The position numbers were made by a program, and so were the translations under genes. A stretch of DNA of 64,000 nt from an uncultured delta proteobacterium. GTDB lineage: Bacteria; Desulfobacterota; Binatia; Binatales; Binataceae. This document shows, piece after piece, positions 58,362 through 64,000 of the stretch (positions are counted from its first letter, which is position 1; the number at the start of each line of letters is the position of its first letter). The notes under the pieces were generated by a model. That model was not told the origin of the DNA and did not search any database. It saw nothing but the letters and a program-made list of their open reading frames with translations. The stretch spans positions 236,419-300,418 of the forward strand of contig CAVTIS010000008.1 of NCBI GenBank assembly GCA_963734845.1, read 5' to 3'.

Positions 58362-59003
58362 ATGCAGAACCAGTTCGGCATTATTCAGATGATTCAGCAG
58401 GGCTACTATGCCACGTACCCGCTGATCCTCATCTCGATCGTTTGCCTGGCGGTCATTTTCGAGCGCCTGTGGGCGCTCCGCGGTATCGGCACCCGCGCCA
58501 CCAAAACCGCCGACGCGCTGGTCGGCCCCCTGCGCCAAGGGAAATTCAACGAGGCCCTGCAGCGCACCGAGACCGGTCATACCGCAGCCGACCGCGTCTT
58601 CCATACGGTCATCTCGGGCGCCAAGGACCTCGACCGCGCTCGGCTGGAGGAGCTTGACGAGGAGCGGCGCTTCGCCGAGTTGGTCGAACTCAAGCGCTAC
58701 ATCTGGGTGCTCGCGACCTCGGGCGCCTCGGCCCCGTTCATCGGACTGTTCGGCACCGTGGTCGGTATCCTGGTCGCGTTCCAGTCGATGGCGGTGATGG
58801 GCACCGGAGGTTTCTCGGTGGTCGCGGCCGGTATCTCGGAGGCTCTGATTTCGACCGCGCTCGGACTGGCGGTCGCGATCATCGCGGTCATTTTCTACAA
58901 CTACTTCTCGGTCAAGATCGACAACATCAACGCCGCCATCCACATCAACGCCGCCCGCCTCATCGACGCCGCACTGCAAGGGAGACAGGCCGTTGGCGGT
59001 TAG
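58362..59003 (+). CDS. exbB: MotA/TolQ/ExbB proton-channel family protein
   Basis: Three TM helices, 'LATSGASAPFIGLFGTVVGILVAF' in the conserved TM2/TM3 region. Confidence 0.9.
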   Translation: MQNQFGIIQMIQQGYYATYPLILISIVCLAVIFERLWALRGIGTRATKTADALVGPLRQGKFNEALQRTETGHTAADRVFHTVISGAKDLDRARLEELDEERRFAELVELKRYIWVLATSGASAPFIGLFGTVVGILVAFQSMAVMGTGGFSVVAAGISEALISTALGLAVAIIAVIFYNYFSVKIDNINAAIHINAARLIDAALQGRQAVGG

Positions 59004-59463
59004 CGGACCGAAAAGCAGCGGCGAGATGTTCTGGCAGATCAACATCACGCCGCTAACCGACATCTTCCTCGTCCTGCTCATCATCTTCATGGTCACCACC
59101 TCGGTCACAATCGAGGCCGCCTCCCACGTTGACCTCCCAATGGCCGAAAACACCGCGCCCGAAAACAAGGGCGTCATCGTGACCTACACCGCCCAGCACG
59201 AATTGTTCGTCAACTCCAAGGACGTGACCGAGCGCGACTTGGAATCCGCGCTGACCGACGCGCTCAACCGGGTCGATTCCAAGGTGGTGATTTTCCAGGG
59301 CGACGAGAAGGTGCTACTCGGCGACATGATCCGCATCCTGGAAATCGCCAAGCTGGCCGGCGCCCAGCAGATCGCGATCGCGGCCAAGCACGTCGCGCCG
59401 GGACAATCGCAGCGTCTTCAGACCGGCGCCGGCATCACCGGCGCGAGCACGACCGGCGGTTGA
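58993..59463 (+). CDS. exbD: ExbD/TolR biopolymer transport protein
   Basis: 'QINITPLTDIFLVLLIIFMVTTS' is the canonical ExbD N-terminal TM with conserved Asp; overlaps exbB by 11 nt. Confidence 0.9.
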   Translation: MAVSGPKSSGEMFWQINITPLTDIFLVLLIIFMVTTSVTIEAASHVDLPMAENTAPENKGVIVTYTAQHELFVNSKDVTERDLESALTDALNRVDSKVVIFQGDEKVLLGDMIRILEIAKLAGAQQIAIAAKHVAPGQSQRLQTGAGITGASTTGG

Positions 59464-59503
59464 CGCGGACGGCGCGGTCGGAACCGGAGACTGATACCAA
59501 CCG

Positions 59504-59998
59504 ATGGCGATGAGCCCTAATCAGAGCGGCGGCGTTTTCGCCGACATCAACATCACGCCGCTGACCGATATCTTCCTGGTTCTGCTCATCATTTTCATGG
59601 TGGCGACCGCGATCACGATCGAGTCCGCCGCCCACGTCGATTTACCCAAGGTTCAATCGCAGGCGACCACCGACAAGCCCAAGGGCGTCGCCGTGATGTA
59701 CACCGCCGACCATCGGATCTTCGTCAATCAGGGCGAAGTGACCGAAAAAACGCTGCCCGTGGCGCTCAAGGACGCCATCAGCAAGGATCCCGACAAGCTG
59801 GTGGTGTTCCAGGGCGACCCGGCGGTGATCCTGGCCGACATGGTCCGCATCCTCGACATCGCCAAGACGGCCGGCGCCCAGCAGATCGCGATCGCGGTCG
59901 CAAAGATGCAAGGCGGTGGCGGCGGCGCTGGGACGGATGAGCCGGCACTCCCCAGCGGACCGGTGGTGCCGCCCGAACCGTCCTCCGAAGGACCCTGA
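59504..59998 (+). CDS. exbD: ExbD/TolR biopolymer transport protein, second paralog with a Gly/Pro-rich C-terminal tail
   Basis: 'ADINITPLTDIFLVLLIIFMVATA'; tail 'KMQGGGGGAGTDEPALPSGPVVPPEPSSEGP'. Confidence 0.9.
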   Translation: MAMSPNQSGGVFADINITPLTDIFLVLLIIFMVATAITIESAAHVDLPKVQSQATTDKPKGVAVMYTADHRIFVNQGEVTEKTLPVALKDAISKDPDKLVVFQGDPAVILADMVRILDIAKTAGAQQIAIAVAKMQGGGGGAGTDEPALPSGPVVPPEPSSEGP

Positions 59999-60117
59999 CT
60001 TTAGTTGCACTGTCAGCGGGAGCACAATATTAAACGGCGCCTTGCGGCGCATAGCTGGAGCACGGGCGCCGTCTCGCGGGGGAGCAGGCACGGAGCCATA
60101 ACGATAAAGGACATCGC

Positions 60118-61332
60118 GTGACCGTCGCGGAAGAAATTGGCCTGCTCGCGGTCTCGGTAGTTGTCGTGGCGATGGTCCTGTTCTGGATCGCCACGCGCGC
60201 ACATCTGGACGAGGAAGACCCGGAGAAGGAAAAGCCCGGATTCAAACACGGCCTGCGCCAGGGCCTGCGCTTTCTGCTCGGCCCCTTCCCGCTCTCCATC
60301 GGCCTGCACGTAGTGGTCCTGCTCTTTCTGCTTTTCGCCGTGCACATGGAGACCGCCCAGAACTTCATCCCCATAAGCCTGCAGGCCGGCGGCGGTGGCG
60401 GCCAGACCAAACCTGGCGAAGACACCAACCTGCCCGAGATGCAGATGCCGGAGTTGCAGGCGCTGCCGATGGAAAGGCCCAAACAGGTCGACGCCTACGC
60501 GCGCCAGGCCGTGGTCACCGCGAATAACTACGTGCGTTCGACCAATAGCGGCATCGGAATCGGCCGCGGCGGCGGTATGGGCTCGGGCTACGGCCAGGGC
60601 ATCGGCAACGGCTTCGGCGGCTTCATCAGCGGATTGCGCCGCACCGGCCTCGACGTCGTGCTCGTCATCGATGGCACCGGCTCGATGCGCCTGGTGATCG
60701 ACGACGTCAAGAACAAGATGCGCCAGTTGATGCTGGCGATTCACCGCCTGGTGCCAACCGCACGCATCGGCGTTATCGTCTTCGGCGGGCGCGGCGAGCA
60801 GATGCAGATGCAGCCGCTGACCTCGTCAACCGGCGCGCTGATTCAGTTCCTGGGCAACATCCAGGCCCGTAACGGCGGTGAATGGCAGGAAAACACGCTC
60901 GGCGCGATCCAGATGGCGGTCGGCAGCATGGGATGGCGCTCGTACGCCAAGAAGGTAATCGTACTGGTCGGCGACACCCCGCCGTTCAAGGAGGATTTCG
61001 ACCCGGTCCTCCAGACCATTCGTCAGTTCCACGCCGAAAACGGAACCTTCAATACGGTCGACCTGACCGTCGAGGAGCACGAGCGCTTCGTCAAGCAGTG
61101 GCAGAGTTATAGTGGGCCGGTGCCGGTCAACGCGTCGTCACTGCCAGAGTTCTACCTCGAGACCCAGGCGGCGTACCAGGCGATGGCGCGGGCAGGCGGC
61201 GGCTCCTGGCGCAGTCTGACCAAGGACGAGCATATCAATCAGCAGGTGCTGATCCTGGCTTTCGGCGAAGAGTGGCACTCCGAAGTCGCCGCCTTCGGCC
61301 GCGGCATCAAATCCTCCAACGCCGACCCGTAA
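60118..61332 (+). CDS. membrane protein with a TonB-like N-terminal signal anchor (S-x3-H) fused to a Gly-rich linker and a von Willebrand factor A (VWA) domain; a non-canonical TonB-like energy transducer
   Basis: 'LLGPFPLSIGLHVVVLLFLLF' resembles the TonB anchor 'FPWPTLLSVCIHGAVVAGLLY' (conserved Ser and His four residues apart), preceded by a second hydrophobic helix. 'GLDVVLVIDGTGSM' is a MIDAS-type D-x-(S/T)-x-S VWA start. 'VIVLVGDTPP' is the VWA beta4-D motif. No TonB C-terminal domain. Fourth gene of the exbB-exbD-exbD operon. Confidence 0.65.
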   Translation: MTVAEEIGLLAVSVVVVAMVLFWIATRAHLDEEDPEKEKPGFKHGLRQGLRFLLGPFPLSIGLHVVVLLFLLFAVHMETAQNFIPISLQAGGGGGQTKPGEDTNLPEMQMPELQALPMERPKQVDAYARQAVVTANNYVRSTNSGIGIGRGGGMGSGYGQGIGNGFGGFISGLRRTGLDVVLVIDGTGSMRLVIDDVKNKMRQLMLAIHRLVPTARIGVIVFGGRGEQMQMQPLTSSTGALIQFLGNIQARNGGEWQENTLGAIQMAVGSMGWRSYAKKVIVLVGDTPPFKEDFDPVLQTIRQFHAENGTFNTVDLTVEEHERFVKQWQSYSGPVPVNASSLPEFYLETQAAYQAMARAGGGSWRSLTKDEHINQQVLILAFGEEWHSEVAAFGRGIKSSNADP

Positions 61333-61374
61333 GCTTAACCCGCACGGGAACCGCGCCGCGGCCGAGCGAGCGAC

Positions 61375-62862
61375 CTAATCCGCGGCGACGTTGGCGGATG
61401 CAGTCGCGTCGACGTGGCTATGGAAGCGGCTGTAGGCGAAATAGATCGCAAGCCCAACCGCCATCCACACGAAAAATCTGATCCATGTGACTATCGGCAG
61501 GCTGGCCATCAGGTACAGACACGACAGCGCGCCCATGATCGGCACCAGCGGCACAAACGGTGTGCGAAAAGGCCGATGCTGCTGCGGGTCGATATAGCGT
61601 AGAATCCACACGCCCAGGCATACCAGCACGAACGCGAACAGGGTGCCGATATTGGTCAACTCGGCGATCTCCTGGATTGGCAGCAGCGCCGCCGTGATGC
61701 CGACCGCCGCCCCGGTTAGCATGGTCGGTATGTGAGGTGTATGGAAACGCGGATGAACCCGGCTAAACGCCGCCGGCAGCAACCCATCGCGCGAAATGGC
61801 AAAAAAGATCCGCGACTGACCGAGTAACAGTACCAACAGCACCGAGGTCAACCCCGCCACGGCTCCGAGTGAAACCACGCCGCCGACGAAGTTAAGCCCG
61901 CGGGTCACGAAGGCCGAAGCGAGTGGCGCGCTCTTGTCGATCTCGGAGAACGGCACCATCCCGGTCAGCACCGCGGCGACCGCGATATAGAGAGCCGTGC
62001 AGATGAAGAGCGACCACAGAATGCCGCGCGGCAGATCGCGTCCGGGATTGACCGTCTCTTCGGCCGCGGTCGAGACCGCGTCGAAGCCGATGTAAGCGAA
62101 AAAGATGTAGGCCGCGCCTTTGGAAATTCCCGCGAATCCGAATGGCGCGAATGGGCTCCAGTTGCTCGGGCGGACGAAGAACATGCCGACCAGGATGACC
62201 ATCGCCACAGCGCAGAGCTTGATTCCGACGATTGCCGAGTTGATCCTCGCGCTCTCGCGGATGCCCACGTAGAGCACCGCCGAGACCAGCACCACGATCA
62301 ACGCCGCCGGCAAATTGACGATCGCGCCGGGTTCCGTACCCGGGGCGAAGCTTATCGAACGCGGCAGATGTATCCCGATCCCCTGGAGAATTACGCGGAA
62401 GTATCCCGACCATCCGACCGCGACCGCGGCGGCGGCCACCGCATACTCCAGCACCAGGTCCCATCCGATGATCCATCCGACCAGCTCCCCCATCGTGGCG
62501 TACGAATAGGAATACGCGGAGCCGGCCACCGGGATCATCGCGGCAAACTCGGCATAGCACAGCGCCGCCATCGTGCACGCCACGCCCGCCATCACGAATG
62601 AAAGGATCAGCCCCGGCCCGGCCTGACGCGCGCCGACCCCGGTCATCACGAAGATGCCGGCGCCGATGATCGCGCCGATGCCAAGCGCGGTAAGATCGAG
62701 CGCGCCGAGCGCGCGGCGCAATCCGCCGCGATGCGGCCCGGCGTCGTGCATCAGGGCAGCGATCGGCTTGCGGCGCATCAGTTGTGTTCTGAGAGTATTT
62801 TCCCCGCCCATCACCGCAACCTCCCGGCTATGTGCGACGCCGTCACCAGGCTTGGTAACCAC
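61375..62862 (-). CDS. APC-superfamily amino acid permease
   Basis: 12 TM; 'LGALDLTALGIGAIIGAGIFVMTG' and 'GSAYSYSYATMGELVGW' are typical APC (cationic amino acid transporter-like) blocks. Confidence 0.9.
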   Translation of the reverse strand: MVTKPGDGVAHSREVAVMGGENTLRTQLMRRKPIAALMHDAGPHRGGLRRALGALDLTALGIGAIIGAGIFVMTGVGARQAGPGLILSFVMAGVACTMAALCYAEFAAMIPVAGSAYSYSYATMGELVGWIIGWDLVLEYAVAAAAVAVGWSGYFRVILQGIGIHLPRSISFAPGTEPGAIVNLPAALIVVLVSAVLYVGIRESARINSAIVGIKLCAVAMVILVGMFFVRPSNWSPFAPFGFAGISKGAAYIFFAYIGFDAVSTAAEETVNPGRDLPRGILWSLFICTALYIAVAAVLTGMVPFSEIDKSAPLASAFVTRGLNFVGGVVSLGAVAGLTSVLLVLLLGQSRIFFAISRDGLLPAAFSRVHPRFHTPHIPTMLTGAAVGITAALLPIQEIAELTNIGTLFAFVLVCLGVWILRYIDPQQHRPFRTPFVPLVPIMGALSCLYLMASLPIVTWIRFFVWMAVGLAIYFAYSRFHSHVDATASANVAAD

Positions 62863-63625
62863 CGTCCACGGCCAGCATCGATCCGGTCACGTAGCTTGAA
62901 GCCTCGCTGGCAAGAAAAATTATCGCTCCGCGGATTTCTTCAGGCCGTCCGAGCCGTCCGAGTGGCGTCGATTTTTCCATCCGCTCGCGATTGGCGCCCT
63001 TGGCGATCCCGGCCTCGGTCGCTTCGGTAGGAATCCATCCGGGCGCGATCGCATTGACCAGGATTCCGTAGCCCGCCCATTCCACCGCAAGTTGGCGGGT
63101 CAGATTGAGCAGCCCGGCTTTGGCCGCGGTGTACGCAGAGAGGCGGTAAATCGAACTGGCAACGGTCGCGTAGATCGAGACTACGTTGATGATGCGGCCG
63201 GGGCGTTTGGCCTCGATCAGGCTGCGGGCGACGCGCTGCGCGAGCATCATCGGCGCGGTCAGGTTGGTCGCAATCGTGGCGTCCCAGGTCGCACGCGGCA
63301 AGGTCTCGGCGCGGCCGGTGGGCGAGATGCCGGCGTTGTTGACCAGTATATCGACGAGGCCGAGTTCGCGCTGTGCGCGAGCGATTGCCGCATCGATTTG
63401 CTCGTCCGAGGTCACGTCGAGTTGGATTGCGGCCGTGCGCACGCCGTAATTATCTGCGAGCTCTGCGGCAAGCTTCTCGAGACGATCGCCGCGGCGCGCG
63501 GCCAAGGCGACGTCAGCGCCCGCCATCGCGAGCGCCGTCGCGCAGTCCACGCCAAGGCCCGACGACGCGCCGGTTACGAAGCCTACGTGGCCGCGGAGCG
63601 AGAATAGCGACTGCAGCGAGTCCAT
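62843..63625 (-). CDS. SDR-family oxidoreductase (FabG / gluconate-5-dehydrogenase-like)
   Basis: 'GHVGFVTGASSGLGVDCATALAMAGADVALAARR', 'NNAG', 'YTAAKAGLLNLTRQLAVEWA' (Y-x3-K). Confidence 0.9.
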   Translation of the reverse strand: MDSLQSLFSLRGHVGFVTGASSGLGVDCATALAMAGADVALAARRGDRLEKLAAELADNYGVRTAAIQLDVTSDEQIDAAIARAQRELGLVDILVNNAGISPTGRAETLPRATWDATIATNLTAPMMLAQRVARSLIEAKRPGRIINVVSIYATVASSIYRLSAYTAAKAGLLNLTRQLAVEWAGYGILVNAIAPGWIPTEATEAGIAKGANRERMEKSTPLGRLGRPEEIRGAIIFLASEASSYVTGSMLAVDGGYQAW

Positions 63626-63631
63626 CGTGTG

Positions 63632-64000
63632 CTAACTCCGCATCGCCGTGACGCCGGCGTGCGCAGTTGAGGCGGCGGCCTCAGCCGCTGCCTCAACTGC
63701 GTGCTGGACGTCCGCGCCGCTCACGCCGTAGTGGGTGACGGCGCGAAACTCAACCGGGCTGCGCGCGCCGACCAGCACGTCGCGCTCGGCGAGCGCGGCG
63801 GCGAAGCGGCCCGCCCGCTCGGCGCCACCGGCGATTTCGAAGAACACCATGTTGGTGCGCCGGCGCGCCGGATGCACGCGGAGATGCGCGACGCGGCCGA
63901 GCCCCTCGGCCAGGGCGCGCGCGTTGTCGTGGTCTTCGGCGAGCCGATCGACCATCGAGGTCAACGCGACAATCCCGGCCGCCGCGATTATCCCCGCCTG
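63632..64000 (-). CDS. threonine aldolase / beta-eliminating-lyase-like protein, C-terminal part (gene continues beyond the window end)
   Basis: C-terminal 'RLAEDHDNARALAEGLGRVAHLRVHP..TNMVFFEI' resembles the low-specificity L-threonine aldolase C-terminus; the frame stays open to position 64000. Confidence 0.5.
   Translation of the reverse strand, partial: QAGIIAAAGIVALTSMVDRLAEDHDNARALAEGLGRVAHLRVHPARRRTNMVFFEIAGGAERAGRFAAALAERDVLVGARSPVEFRAVTHYGVSGADVQHAVEAAAEAAASTAHAGVTAMRS

Noticed and set aside
58269-60744. Minus-strand ORFs 58269..59177 and 60013..60744 overlapping the exbB/exbD and VWA genes
   Set aside because: Antisense to well-supported genes; low-complexity, charged or Ala-rich translations
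1-64000. Search for tRNA, rRNA and tmRNA genes (looked for T-loop GGTTCGAATCC/GGTTCAAATCC-type motifs and CCA ends in all intergenic stretches)
   Set aside because: No convincing cloverleaf candidates were found by eye; tRNAscan-SE or Infernal should be run to confirm, particularly for the AT-rich 2360-3050 and 8020-8360 regions

Overview
This 64 kb window is a high-GC bacterial chromosomal segment, roughly 65% GC overall. Several blocks drop to about 50% GC and are probably accessory or horizontally acquired. Reading left to right:

- **0–10 kb, IS-scarred and lower GC.** An intact IS3-family element lies at 4976–6196, with IS1-like and IS3-like transposase remnants just left of it. This region also holds a PD-(D/E)xK nuclease-like gene, an IS-truncated Res-type PD-(D/E)xK nuclease domain, two convergent genes carrying HEPN-like R-x4-H motifs, and a frameshifted IS66 TnpC fragment at 9.3–9.8 kb.
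- **10–15 kb, secreted and surface proteins.** A secreted Sel1-repeat protein of about 690 aa is followed by a small lipoprotein, a Pro-rich secreted protein with nested tandem repeats, and a secreted protein with a Gly10 tract.
- **15–22 kb, low-GC glycan-modification cluster.** A methyltransferase, two PAPS-type sulfotransferases, a GT4-GT2 fusion glycosyltransferase and a Wzm/Wzt-like ABC exporter, bounded on the right by an IS110 transposase fragment.
- **22–33 kb, apparently degraded stretch.** It contains an amidase, a frameshifted epoxide hydrolase, and three separate 3'-end fragments of an adenylate cyclase-AAA-TPR regulator gene, including one nearly full-length copy broken by several frameshifts.
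- **33–43 kb, mixed metabolism.** HdeD-like membrane protein, a second amidase, SRAP/YedK, PPOX-like and NTF2-like proteins, a CoA-transferase, an APH-fold kinase and a SagB-type nitroreductase-like protein.
- **43–56 kb, co-directional minus-strand glycosyltransferase array.** GH15, seven glycosyltransferases and two methyltransferases, followed by a CoA-binding protein, an LMW protein-tyrosine phosphatase and an SDR.
- **56–64 kb.** A secreted Kelch beta-propeller protein, an exbB-exbD-exbD operon whose fourth gene is a TonB-like membrane anchor fused to a VWA domain, an APC amino-acid permease, an SDR, and a partial threonine-aldolase-like gene running off the window end.

Every frameshift I could resolve is a single-nucleotide indel at or beside a short homopolymer run, so many apparent pseudogenes may be sequencing artefacts. 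I found no rRNA, tRNA or CRISPR array. The most interesting candidates for new biology are the Exb/TonB-anchor::VWA module, the low-GC sulfotransferase/GT/ABC cluster, and the IS-disrupted nuclease/HEPN island.
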